This document shows positions 24,095 to 37,601 of a stretch of 64,000 bases of DNA, one piece after another (position 1 is the stretch's first letter; each line of letters opens with the position of its first letter). Position numbers and translations under genes: made by a program. This DNA is from Octopus vulgaris (lineage: Eukaryota): positions 88,412,001-88,476,000 of the forward strand of contig OX597822.1 of the NCBI GenBank assembly GCA_951406725.2. The letters run 5' to 3'. The notes under the pieces were generated by a model. The model was not told the DNA's origin, made no database searches, and was given only the letters and a program-made list of their open reading frames with translations.

Positions 24095-25215
24095 TTCCTT
24101 TTTACACAAGGCCAGGAATTTTTGGGAGGGGACTAGTGAATTAAATTGACCGACCCTAGTGTTTCACTGGTACTTAATCTATTAACCTCGAAAGGGTGAA
24201 AGGCAAAGTCGACGTTGGAAGAATTTGAACTCAGGACATAAAGATAGAAGAAATGCTGCTAAGCATTTTGCCTGGGGTGCTAACTATTCTACCAGCTCAC
24301 TAACTTAATAATAAGCCTTTCTGCTATAGGCACAAGGCCTGAAATTTTGAGGGAGGGGACCAGTTGATTAGACCAACCCCAGTGTTTCACTGGTACTCAA
24401 TTTATCAACCCTGAAAGGATGAAAGACAATGTTGGTGTTGGTGGAATTTGAGCTCAGAACATAAGGACAGACGAAATATCACTAAGTATTTCGCCTGGCG
24501 TGCTATCAATTCTGCCTAATAATCCTTTCTATTATAGCCACAAGCATGGATTTTGTGGGGAGTGGACAGTCGATCACATCGACCCCAGTACTCCACTGGT
24601 ACTTAATTTATCAACCCTGAAACAATTAAAGGCTAAGTCGACCTTAATTATAATGATGATGATGATGATTTCTTCATTAACCGCAAGGGTTTACAGGAAG
24701 AAAAATATTATGGACAGCACAGGACAAAAAAAAATGCATGTGGATGTGAGTGTGTGTAGTTGTGAGGGTTTCGCGTGTAAACAAGACTAATAGAATAAAT
24801 TTTAAATATTTTTTTAATCCTTTCTACTGGAAGCACAAAGGCCTCAGATTTGGGGGAAAGGATTAAGTCGATTACATCAACCCCAGTGCGCAACTGGTAG
24901 TTATTTAATTGACCCCGAAAGGATGAAAGGCAAAGTCGACCCCGGCGGAATTTGAACTCAGAACGTAGCGTAAAGGAAATACCTATTTCTTTACTACCCA
25001 CAAGGGGCTAAACACAGAGAAGACAAACAAGGACAGACAAACGGATTAAGTCGATTACATCGACCCCAGTGCGTAACTGGTACTTATTTAATCGACCCCG
25101 AAAGGATGAAAGGCAAAGTCGACCTCGGCGGAATTTGAACTCAGAACGTAGCGGCAGACGAAATACCGCAAAGCATTTTGCCTGGAGTGCTTACGATTCT
25201 GCCAGCTCACTGCTT
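24095..25215 (-). mobile_element. Cluster of (ATT)n-tailed SINEs including low-divergence copies
   Basis: About five copies; CpG-retaining copy at 24980-25215. Confidence 0.8.
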
Positions 25216-25224
25216 TATTATTAA

Positions 25225-25308
<84 letters not shown>

Positions 25309-25366
25309 TGATGATGATGATAATAATTAATTCTTTTTATTGGCCACAAGGGCTGACACACATGAT

Positions 25367-25402
<36 letters not shown>

Positions 25403-26569
25403 TCATAACGTTAATACAAAGCCAAGATTGGATGTGAGTCGATTGTTTCATAGGTTCTTGATGGACGAAGGCAATGTTAACGTGACATCGGCTAATTTGT
25501 TCTCAAAACATAAATAGAAATAACTAAAAGAGGGTGATGGAAAGCGAAATAAGTAGAGAACAGGACAAAATACTTCACAGAACTTATCTAAGTCTCTAGA
25601 CTTTTTGCCCGGCGCAAGCAAATTGCCTTTCAATTTACTGATGTTTTAGTCCAGCACTGAAGTTAGCCTCATCACTTTATAGTTGCTATTCCAAGATTGT
25701 AACGACATTGCGTTAATGTAAGAAATAAATAATAGTAATAATTATTACTAACATTAGTTCTGCATGCATAAAGATGAAAATAGCCTTTTAATGAGAAAAG
25801 CATTGATCATGGTACCTATATTATAGGTTCCCAGCTTAAAGTAATCTTCGTTTTGGCGTTAGCGCCAAGTGAAAGATGAACAGAACAAAGAAACATGTAT
25901 ACTCGAATTAGATAACTGCGTGGTACTACAGTTTCTACACTAAAACTGAATATGAAACAGTAATAAAGGAACTGATTTAACGTTTTCGTTTTCAAAAAAT
26001 ATTCGAAAAAATTTCGATGTTTTGGATCGGCGAAATTTACGTTTTGAATTCTAATCCGGGCGAGGACAACTTTGCTTTTCGTTTTTCTGGGGGTATCATC
26101 AATAAACTAAAGTAGGGTCGAGTTATATCGCTATAATGCACAATATATGTATATATGTAAATAGAATTATAACAGAACCTAACAAGATTATTTTATTCGA
26201 AGGTTTGTTTACAAAATTAATAGCTTTGTAATAAAGACAGAATTCGCAATTTTTTTTATATATATATTTTTTTTTTTAGATATATAATGAAGAAGCAAAA
26301 TGTGATGTTAATCTTAAAGCAATTCAGACTATGAACAGTTTAGGAGGAATAAAAATAAAAATTGGGGTTTACTTGTAAAATGAGACAATACCTGAAGCAG
26401 GGTAACTTCTGAGACACACCCAACAAACAGGGGGGATAACTCTCATCGGACTAAACTTCGCCAAAATTTCAAACTATGATGTCAACATCGTCTTCCATCC
26501 TTTCGGGACCGATAAAATAAGTACCAGTTGTATAGACTTACTCCTTCCTCCAAAGTTGCTGGGGTCATT

Positions 26570-27055
26570 TCTCTTCCGAAATTTGTGTCAGTCATTGGAC
26601 TGCGGCCATGCTGGGACACCACTTCGAAGAATTTTGGTCGAACCAATCGACCTCTCAATCATTAGTCATTTTTTAAATCTGGTGTTCATTCTATTGGTCT
26701 CTTTTGCAGAACAGCTATGGTAAGGGAGTGTAAACACACCAACACCGGTTGTCAAGCGTTGATGGGGACAAACGCACACACACACATATGTATGTGTGTG
26801 TGTATGTATGTATGTATGTATGTATGTATGTATGTATGTATGTACGTACGTATGTATGTATGTATGTGTGTATGTATGTATATATGTACGTACCACGGGT
26901 CTTTTTTAAGTTTTTATCTTCTAAATCCACTCACAAGGTTTTGGTTGGCCCGAAGCCGTAGTAGAAGACATTCGTCCAAGGTGCCAAGCAGTGGAACTGA
27001 ACCCAGAACCATGTCGTTGGGAAGTAAACTTCTTACCACACATCGACGCCTGCAT
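26570..27055 (-). mobile_element. tRNA-headed SINE, same family as 53604
   Basis: Reverse-complement copy with (TATG)n expansion. Confidence 0.8.
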
Positions 27056-27673
27056 CTATTATAACAAAATATAAACTTTTTGATATTATAATATAAAGCT
27101 AATATAATATGTTCATGCTATCCAGCAATAATTGTAGCCGAACTTACAGTACTATAGAGAAGGCAAACCTGACATTTCTCACCAACTGCAAAAAGCCAAA
27201 TGTCAGGACATTTTAATGAAGCTCTTGTCACATTGGAGCACACTGCCCCATTCCTTATTAAAGCTTGCTGCCTCAGTTTACCAGCATAAGATTGGTTTGG
27301 AATACAAACAATTGAAGAACACTACCCTGGCAGCTGAAACCAGTTCAAGATGGTTGTGGTTGACAAGGGACCACAGATGGTACCTTTCTGCAACTAGCTA
27401 AAGGCTAATATAGTCCTCACTGCCCTGCTTGACCAAAAATTACAGGCTAAAGAAGCTAAACACTTGTGGCTCTGAAATACTTGTTGATGATATGGAAGAA
27501 TTTCTATCCTTGTGATGGCTTCAGTCACTACCAGAAGAGCTTGCGATATTTCTGGTTAGTTTCTGGTTAGTTCTTGCAATTTCTGTGTAGAGCAAAACAT
27601 CTCTGATGCTTATTTTACCTTTAATTTTTATAATATAAAACTATATAATATTTTGATATAAAACTATTTAACA

Positions 27674-28037
27674 TCTCTATAGAAATAAACGGCAAAATGT
27701 TTGCGTGTGTATCCTTTATATAAATCCACAATTTTTCAGTTAGAGAGCTCACACTTTCTATGGTCATTCAAAACCGTCCAAGGGTGGTCGTGCACATCTT
27801 TACATTTCCCCAGTCACCCAACAAAGCCATTAAAAAATCAATAGAAGTGACTTTTTTGTGAATTTTCTATCCAAAACCCAATCAAAATGCCCGAAACTTG
27901 ATACGCCAATTGAATGCCAGCTAGCTGTATGTGATTGGTTGGAGATTTGGACAATACTCGCGTGTATGTGCACACGCATACAGCTGTATATACATGCATT
28001 AGCACTATGACCCGGCGTTGCTGGGTCAAAGTGTTAG
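27674..28037 (+). mobile_element. Non-autonomous Helitron-like element (second copy)
   Basis: A|TC start, 3' hairpin, TTAG|T end; matches 13020-13385. Confidence 0.75.
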
Positions 28038-28444
28038 TTGTAATATAAAACTACTTAATATTATATTCAGAAATAAAGCAGTAAGCTTACAGAATTGTTA
28101 GCATGTCAGGAAAAATGCCTGGTGGCATTTTATCTCTTTATGTTCTCAGTTCAAATTCCACCAAGGTTGACTTTGCCTTTCATCCTTTTGGGGTCAATGA
28201 AATAAGTACCAGTTGAACACTGGGGTCAATTTAATTGACTTATGCCCTCCCCCAAAATTTCTGGCCTTGTGCCAAAATTTGTAATCAGTATTATATTCAG
28301 AAATATAATCAAGAACGTTTAATGGCAAAACTTTCTTAATGAAATGAACGTCTAAATTTCTGCTAATTATGATATTGGAGAAATAAGAAAAAAATTAAAT
28401 TGCCATTTTCTGTTACTGATATAATTCTTCATAATTTTGCCTGT

Positions 28445-28727
28445 CTACACATTTTAACTATGCCAGCCTCGTCTGGCTTCCGTGCCGGTGGCACGTAAAA
28501 AGTACCATCCGATTGTGGCCGTTTGCCAGCCTCGTCTGGCACCTGTGCCGGTGGCACGTAAAAAGCACCCACTACACTCACGGATTGGTTGTCGTTAGGA
28601 AGGGCATCCAGCTGTAGAAACATTGCCAGATCAGACTGGGCCTGGTGCAGCCTTCTGGTTTCCCAGACCCCAGTTGAACCGTCCAACCCATGCCAGCATG
28701 GAAAGCGGACGCTAAACAATGATGATG
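28445..28727 (+). mobile_element. RTE-tail SINE copy
   Basis: Same family as 46-485, two internal units, (GAT)n tail. Confidence 0.8.
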
Positions 28728-29150
28728 TAGCTTACATATTTCATGAGGCACATGCAGAATAGTGAGGATCCAAATAAGAATGTATCTAATTGTTCTTAAT
28801 ACATTCTGGCAAATTCAAACATGAGTATGCTGATCACTTGTTCATATTTCATCATCAGAGAACATCTCCATGTAAATGATGTAATAAACATGATTCATTG
28901 ATGTAAGGTGATTTTGTAATACCAGAGTTACTTCAATTTTATTTTGTCTTCTCAGTCAAAGCTACCCTTGTACCAATGAGTCAAACAAGAGTACTGGCTT
29001 TTGTTTATAGAAATCAGAAATCTGATTTAGCTACTGCTGAGATGATGTTCAACTCACCCCAATATACTCTGTGTTTTTAACACAACATGTTTGTAAAGAA
29101 ACTTTTTCTCAGACAAAAGCAAGGCGTCGTACCTTTCAGTGGTGTATATA

Positions 29151-29807
29151 CAAGGGGAAATCAAAAATTTTCTGCACTTTCACCATAACATATCTTTTAT
29201 TATTGTCACACTGCCTTCTGCGCGTGTGTGCATAGTACGATTGTGGTCATGTGATCGAATTTTGAGCCTGATTGCACCATTTTTCTATCTGGATTTACAG
29301 TGTAAGCATGGTTTACACTAGCAATGTACTCCAAAGAAGAACCAAGAGCTGTGATCTGATTTCTCTGGTCGGAAGGTGTGTCAGGTGCCGAAATTCATTG
29401 GAGGCTTTCAGAACAATACAGGGACTGTGCACTACCATGTAGAAGTATGTATGAGTGGATCAAGAAGTTTAAAAGTGGCCAGGCAAGAGTGATGCACAAA
29501 GTGGGAGCAGGACGCCCATCAACCCCCACCACTGATGAGAAGATTCAGCAAGCTCAAGAGATGGTAATGGGGAACTGGTTCACCATTACCATCTCTCTGA
29601 TCACTGCACTTTGTCCTTTGGTGCACATGGCTAGTGGAGTGGACGTGCTTACACTGTAAAGCCAGAAAGAAAATGGCTTGATCAGGCTCAAACTTCGATC
29701 ATGTAACCACAATAGTACCAGCTACAAGCACGTATGCACAGAAGGCAGTATGGCAATAATAAAGATAAGTTATGGCAAAAGTGCAGATAATTTTTGACTT
29801 CCCCTCG
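29151..29807 (+). mobile_element. Internally deleted mariner-like element with ~210-bp inverted termini, TA flanks
   Basis: TA|caaggggaaatcaaaaattt ... aatttttgacttcccctcg|TA; HTH fragment AEIHWRLSEQY...YEWIKKFKSG...GRPST. Confidence 0.85.
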
Positions 29808-30699
29808 TACATCAAGTTTGGTATATATTTATCACACTCTCTACATATATATGTGTCTGTGTTCGTACAGCTGAATTTGTATCTCCCTCATCTTATTGTG
29901 TGTTCACTGGTTGTAAACAACAGTCTCACAGTCATTTACTTGTAATCCACCAAGAAATCATATCCAGAGGTCCTGACATCTTGTACCTGCTTTATAAAAA
30001 AATATACTCTTTCAAACAGTGTTATTTGTTTCCATTTTTCTGCCTTACCATGTCTAAGTTCGTTGTTCATTACATGGAAAGATTTTTACCTTGCTTGGAA
30101 AAAGTTGAGGGTTGGCATCAGAAAGGGAATCCAGCTGAAGAAAATTCTATTCCAATGTAGTCTCATCTGACCCATGCCAGCATGGAAAAATAGACTTTAA
30201 AATGATGATGATGAGGAAGAGGGGACAGAGGAGAGGAAGAAGTAGAGGTAGGATAACGAAAGGGGTGATAGGAAGGGAAGAAGAGGGTGGACAGGAGACA
30301 GATGGGGAGAGGAGGAGGAGCAGGAAAAGGAAGATGAGGAGGGAAGGAGGATAAACAGAGTCTTCTCAAATTTGAATCTCAACATTGTCCTCAAATTTGT
30401 CATCACCAGCCACAGTTTTGCTAATGTCAATCTCAGTTATATTGTTGTCTATCTCGAGATTTTGTCACTATCAACTTTAATTTTGTTATCAACATAAATG
30501 TTGTCATTGTAGAACAGAGTGAATATTTTTTTTTTCTATAAACAGATATTGACATCTCTAATTACTTGTCACAGAACTGTAAAAGAATGTAAACATTAAA
30601 AAGTTTCATAATACATATTTTGTTGTGAAAATTATCATATCTTAGATATACATACATTTAGTACATTAAAGATAAACTATATATTTTACTAAATACATA

Positions 30700-30970
30700 T
30701 ACAACAAAACAAATAACATCAGTTGAACTTTTCTCCATTATTCTATTTGCTTAACTCTCTTAGAAAATCCAACACAACCATCTTTAGTAATCAAAGTCAA
30801 CCTGGTGTCAGTCAATATATTTACATATGTTTACATATATTAACATGTTGATACTGGCTGTCTTTGATTATAATCAAAGATGATTGTGCTGGATTTTTTT
30901 GAATATGCAAAGAAAGTTAAGAAATAGGAATGATGAATAACAAGTTAAATTAATGTTATTTATTTAAATT
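30700..30970. repeat. Old imperfect palindrome, probable MITE
   Basis: aaaatccaacacaaccatcttt pairs with aaagatgattgtgctggatttt; aaataacatc pairs with aatgttattt. Confidence 0.55.
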
Positions 30971-31494
30971 TTTATTGTATTGAATGTATCTACATTTATG
31001 ATCGAGGGACAGTTTTTTTGGAAAATTTTGAACCTGGGTTCTCATTCCTAAGTAACATCGAAAAATACCTTAGAAATGAGAACCCAGATTCGAAATTTCC
31101 CCAAGACACCTGATGAAGGCTGGAGGGTATATCAGTTGAAGTGTTAACAACAAACAAGATGAGGACAAATATCCTTCAAATGTAAATAATGTAAATAAAG
31201 GAATGGATAACTCATTAATTCTCTTTTCGCATTATGAGAAATCGTCCTCATTATTTCATTCTTCACACAATAGATTGTTTTTTTTCTGAGATTTCTTTGC
31301 TCAAATTCAAAAGTGTACTTTAAGTGCATATTATACATGAATAAATCTGGTGTATCAATTTATTCAGGCCCACTTATAAATTTGCTTGCATCAATATTTG
31401 TTATAGTATGATATACAAACATTGGAAAGAACAACTTTATCCATTTACTTACATTACACCTTCAACATGTCTGATACTTTAATGCCATAATATA

Positions 31495-31900
31495 TCATCA
31501 TCATCATCATCATCATTTAGCGTCCGCTTTCCATGCTAGCATGGGTTGGACGGTTCGACCGGGGTCTGGGAAGCCAGGAGGCTGCACCAGGCTCCAGTCT
31601 GATCTGGCAATGTTTCTACGGCTGGATGCCCTTCCTAATGCCAAGCACTCCGTGAGTGTAGTGGGTGCTTTTTAAGTGCCACCGGCACAGGTGCCAGACG
31701 GGACTGGCGAACAGCCACGGTCAGATAGTGCTTTTTACGTGCCACCGGTACATGGACCAGGCGAGGCTGGCAACGACCACGATCGGATGGTGCTTTTTAC
31801 GTGCCACCGGCATGGAGGCCAGTCGAGGCGGCGCTGGCAACGGTCACGATCAGATGGTTTGCTTACGTGCCACCGGCACTGGTATCACAGCTGCAATTTC
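31495..31900 (-). mobile_element. RTE-tail SINE copy with diverged internal units
   Basis: Same family; repeated ggtgctttttacgtgccaccggca motif. Confidence 0.8.
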
Positions 31901-34029
31901 CATTGATGTTGATCGACTTCGATAAACTAAATATTCTTCTGTTTGCAGTGTTCAGTATTGTACCCCATGTTTGCCTTCTTTACTTACCCAGGCATGTTCT
32001 TAGGTGGCTTATACTTGTAACTTGTGTCAATGACTTCCGGTCTTATTACTATGAGAGAAGACAATATGTCATTTACTTAAAGCGATGATCTACCTTGAGT
32101 GTGGAATCACAAGTAAAATCTCTGAAACTTTAGACAAATTCTTAAATCTTTACCAACAATCTTTCAGTGATAGAAGTTGTAAATAATGCCATAAAGCATC
32201 AATTCTATGATACTTTGCATTGCAATTATTCTTACTTGATGTTATGTTTACATCATCTACATATTTAGAAACAAAAACTTCATCCCAAATATTGAGAAGA
32301 ATTATGTTATCTAACAGCATTTAATGATCTTAAAATAATATATATGAACATATACAATAATGATAAAATAATAAATACCATGGTAATTAGGTAGAAGTGA
32401 GAGGTAGAGGAAAGTGATTGCATTCTAAAACATAAATTACTCAGTAATTAATGTTTGAAATTCCATATATTTATTATTTAAAATAGTTATTTGAAGTTCT
32501 CAAGTTTGCAGAATTGTTGCTATGCAGGGCAAAATGCTTAGCAGCTTTTTGTCTGTATCTATGTTCTGAGTTCAAATTTTGCCAAGGTCAACTTTGTTTT
32601 TCATCCTCTCAGGATTGATAAAATTGGTACCAGATGATTACTGGGGTCAGTGTAACCAACTTAACCCTTCCTTCAAGTTTGCTGGCCTTGTACCAAAATT
32701 TGATAACATTATTTTAAACAATTGTTTTTACATGTGTACAATGAATTGTATTGGAAAAAATATGTTATTGCATATTTAAAGGTTTACACTGTATGAGATA
32801 GGAATATTTGTTTTAGTGAACACTGTTATGTGGTAATTGTACATAGTTATTATAAACAGAATAATGCAAGAAAATATATGGAAATAAATTTGCATGTGTG
32901 TAGATATGTATGCATTACAACCCAAGATTATTTACCTTTTACCAATTATGATATACAAAGGTTGTAATGTAAAATATGTAGAAGCAAGTGAGAATGCCTT
33001 TCATGGAATTGAGTGGCAGAGTTCCATTTAGTGCCTAGGGAGATTCTGTTTGAGGGTCCAATACTCCAACTTTTCATGTTCCCAAGTAAAACCCATAGAA
33101 CATTTGAAAATACAGTTTGGTAGAAATTTACACAACTTTTTTTTAAGTGTACCACTCTTAGATGCTACATGGCAGTTGATATTGATTAGTTGAAAAATAT
33201 TTATGTAGATGTTCCTACCTTTTATGGCATAGTATATATATATCTAAGGAAAATTGAGCTTTCACTTTTTCTGAAAAATTTAATAAATAATGTATTCCTT
33301 AGGAATTCACTATTAAATAGAATTTTAAAAGATTTGGGGGAAAATAAAATGCATAAGCAGCTTTGAAAAACTAGCATAAATTTGAAATATTACCTTCTTT
33401 GAATAATGTGTTGTGGATTTAGTTATAATCTCAAAGAAGACATCTGTACATTTGTGTTGTAGAGGTGAGATGATTTTCTTCATCTTCCTCAATTTCTTTG
33501 ATCTATTTTGTTGAAAATACTAATTTCACTCTCGTACAAGGTATTCAAACTAGACTCTTTTGTTCCCTTCTCACCAACCTTATTTTGCAGACAATCACAT
33601 CAATGTCATCAGCTTGAGAGGACTGGCAAAAGTCAACTAACAAAATCCAATACAAGATGGGTAATGAAAATATTGTTTGGTCCTTGTGGAAATGAAGCAG
33701 AATATTTTAGCATTTGTGTACTGTTGTCTTCTTACCTCTAGTACGTGGGGCATATTTTTGTGGGTTTTTTAAAAATTTATTTTATAATATTAGCATTTTT
33801 AAACTGAAGAAAACAATATGGTGTGGTTACAGCTAGCACAGCTTTGTCCATTTATTTGCTTGATCAATATTGACCTGAGATTAAATGCAACAATTACTAG
33901 CTAAAATCTGTCATATAATAACATGAAACCACATTAGTTGTAGTGAATTTACTGATAAATTCCAAAAAGATCTTGTATGTTGCAATTATGAGTCTCATTA
34001 TTATATGGTTAAAGTATGATATATGAACC

Positions 34030-34370
34030 TGTAGAGAGACAGGGGAGATCTATTTTGTTGCTGTGACATAGTTCAGTTGTGCTGTGGAAGATTCCAGCCA
34101 ATAAGAGTTAGAAGCATATGAATAAAATGGCAGTGATCTGCCTTAGTTGGATGAACTCACTACAGTAGAGAAGCAGCAGTTTTGGACCAGTTGTGGATTT
34201 GAAGACATAGAAGCAACATCTCTTTCTTCGACATGTCACATTTTCTGTGTCCACCAGCGACTACACACATCTCATTTGATTAACATCAGCTTCCACTCTG
34301 ATTCATATAAACCTCAGTGTATATAGTAAGTCATGCAATTTTTCCTGTCTCGTATACACAAATATTTCCT
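34030..34370. mobile_element. Putative LTR adjoining the Gypsy relic
   Basis: Clear similarity to 20150-20500; abuts pol fragment. Confidence 0.5.
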
Positions 34371-34371
34371 G

Positions 34372-35140
34372 CTAGCACATTTCAGTGGTTCATAGACGAA
34401 GTCATTCATGGATTGGACTTCATCTATGCATATATTGATGATCTCATGATTTCCAGTTCTTCAGCTGAAGAGCATGTTCATCATTTAAAGCTACTCTTCC
34501 AGTGCCTTAACCAATGTCAAGTACAGATTAAGCTTGCTAAATGTGTTTTGGGCACATCCTCTGTTGTGTTTTTTGACCATATTTCCTTGTGTTGTGTTTC
34601 TTGACCATACTTCTTTTCACCAGTTGTGCCATTTCCTTGGTTTACTGAACTTTTATAGACGTTTTATTCCTTACTGTGCTGGACTTCTATCTCCTCTTAT
34701 TGAGCTTTTTAAAGAACTGTTGTATGAAGAATGAAGCTATTTTGTTGCCCAGATCGATGTCTTTAACACTGTGAAACATGAACTCGCTAAAGCATCTTTC
34801 CTCATGCACCCATCTCTGATGCAAAGCTTTCGCTTGTGGTTGATGCATTGGATACAACAACTTCTGCTGTATTACAACAGTTTCATCAAGGACCCCTGCA
34901 ACCTCTTGCCTTTTCTTCTTGGTGACTGAAACTTGCGGAGACACGTTATAGCACCTTTGGTCGTGAATTGTTGGCAATCTACCTTTCAATGAAGCATTTC
35001 CAGTTTCTCCTTAAAGGGAGGAACTTTACCATCTATACAGATCATAAGCCTCTTATTTTTGCCTTGTGGTCCAAGCTTGAAAAGTATTTACTGAGGGACA
35101 CTAGACACCTGGACTTTGTATCTCAATTCACCAGTGATAA
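34372..35140 (+). mobile_element. Gypsy/Ty3 pol relic (RT and RNase H)
   Basis: TFQWFIDEV...YAYIDDLMI...EEHVHHL; FLGLLNFYRRFIP; YSTFGRELLAIYLSMKHF...FTIYTDHKPL. Confidence 0.9.
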
Positions 35141-35726
35141 CTAGTTGATTGGTTGGTGTTTGGTGGTAAATCAATGGATACAAAAAGCAAAAATAATAAA
35201 CAAGAAACAAAATGAGAATAATTGGTAAAGATTTTGTCTTTATATCAGCACTGAATAAAATAATAATTAATGTGATGTTTTTTTTATGGATTTCTTTTCC
35301 AAAGACATAATCAAAATTATTTCAAACTCTTTCTACAACACATTTTAAGATGCCATAAGTGTCTATTGATGAAGACAACATATATTTTAGAACAGGTGGA
35401 AAATCCAAATTTCTGAAAATATGTATGTGTGTATGTATGTATATGTACATTTGTGTGTGTGTACGTGTGTGCATATATGTATGTATGAATGTATGTATGT
35501 ATGTATTTATAAAATATTAATATTGTGTCAGACTAATGATTATGGATTATTCAATCTGAGACTTATCTTTGAGTACATTATTCTAAGTGGCCAGATATAG
35601 CTACTTTTGAATTTGTTACCACTGGAATGTGTATGTGTGCATTAGATGTGTAATCACTAAAATTTGAGATAACCTAGCAATATACTTACCTTTAACATTT
35701 TAATATTTTAAAATAATAATGATCTA

Positions 35727-35914
35727 GGCAAAGGTGGGCTGTGTGGTAAGAAGCTTGCTTCCCAACCACATGGTTTCGGGCTCAGTCCCACTGCGTGGCA
35801 CCTTGAGCAAGTGTCTTCTACTATAGCCTCAGGCCAACCAAAGCCTTGTGAGTTGATTTAGCAGACAGAAACATAAAGAAGCCTGTCATATATATATTTG
35901 TGTGTGTGTGTGTG

Positions 35915-35977
<63 letters not shown>

Positions 35978-36185
35978 TTGTGTGTGTATTTTTGTCCCCC
36001 CCACCATCGCTTGACAACTGATGTTCATGTGCTTATGTCTGCGTAACTTAGTGGTTCAGCAAAAACAAAAAAAAAACTTAGTGGTTCACAAAGAATAAGT
36101 ACTAGGCTTACAAAGAATAAATCCTGAGGTCGATTTGTTACACAGTCAAATGACTGAAACAAGTAAAAGAAAAAAGATAAAAGAA
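35727..36185 (+). mobile_element. tRNA-headed SINE, same family as 53604
   Basis: Head, microsatellite and tail present; inverted partial copy at 36432-36590. Confidence 0.8.
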
Positions 36186-36349
36186 ATATATATATATACA
36201 TATATATATATAGATATTAATAATACAATAATTGTTTCTTGTCAGGAACAAAAAGATTAATAGGACTGCTATAGAAGTGCTCTATTGGAAGAGACAAAAA
36301 TATCAAACTAAAATCATTGAACAAGCATTTGTTTGTTCAATGATTTTAC

Positions 36350-36435
<86 letters not shown>

Positions 36436-37543
36436 GGCTTCTTTCAGTTTCTTTCTACCAACTCCACTGACAAGACATTGGTCGGCCTAAGGCTATAGTA
36501 GAAGACACTTACCCAAGGTGCCACACAGTGGGGCTGAATCTGGAACCATGTAGTTGGGAAGAAGCTTCTTACCACACAGCCACACCTGCACTCAGACACA
36601 CACACACATACACACACACACACACACAATCTGAAGTTTACATTATTATGTATCCATAACAGCTAATCTTACCAATCGGTTTCGTGCTAGGGATTCAATG
36701 GAGTATGAGGTAACAATCTGATTATATAACTCTATATATATATATATAATTAAAAAAAAAAACAGAGAAAAAAAGTACAAGAAAAAAACAACAACACAAG
36801 GACCTGGTACATGCAAAGTATTAATAAAATGCCCAGAGAAGGAAAGAAAGGGTGTTTTACGTTTTGAGCAAAAGCTCTTCTTCAGAAAAAGGAAACAGAG
36901 GAAAGTCCAAGAGAAAAAGAAAATGGAGGAAAAAAATCGCCAATAGTTCACATGTGGTGTGTGTGCATGTCTTTGTGTCTGTGTTTGTCCCTCGCCCACC
37001 ACCTCTTGACAACTGGTGTAGTGTGTTTATGTTCCCATAAACACACAACACCAGACTTAAAAAGAAGTACTGGGGGTCAATTCATTTGGGTAAAAGCTCT
37101 TCAAAGCAGTGCCCTAGCATGGCCGGAGTCTAATGACTGAAACAAATAAAAGCTAAAGGAATGATAAAAAGTTGATGCATTGTATAGATTATAGATTATA
37201 TTTTCATCAGTATATTTTTGGATCAGATTCAGGTGTCTTATTCCTGTTCATAAACATAACATCCTTAGACTGGGTTCAATTACTGAACCTTATTTCTCAT
37301 ACATTTCAATTTTATAGATCATTATGATGCATCATACTCAAATATTGTGTAGGTATGTGAATGTGTGTGTGTGTGCACATGTGCATGCATGCATGTGTAT
37401 GTGTAGTGTGTGTATGCATGTGTGTGTGTGTAGTGGTATGTGTATGGTAGTATGTGTGTATAGTAGTGTGTGTGTGTGTGTGTAGTAGTAGTAGTAGTAG
37501 TGTTGGTGGTGGTAGGGGTGGTAGTAGTAGTAGTAGTAGTAGT

Positions 37544-37601
<58 letters not shown>

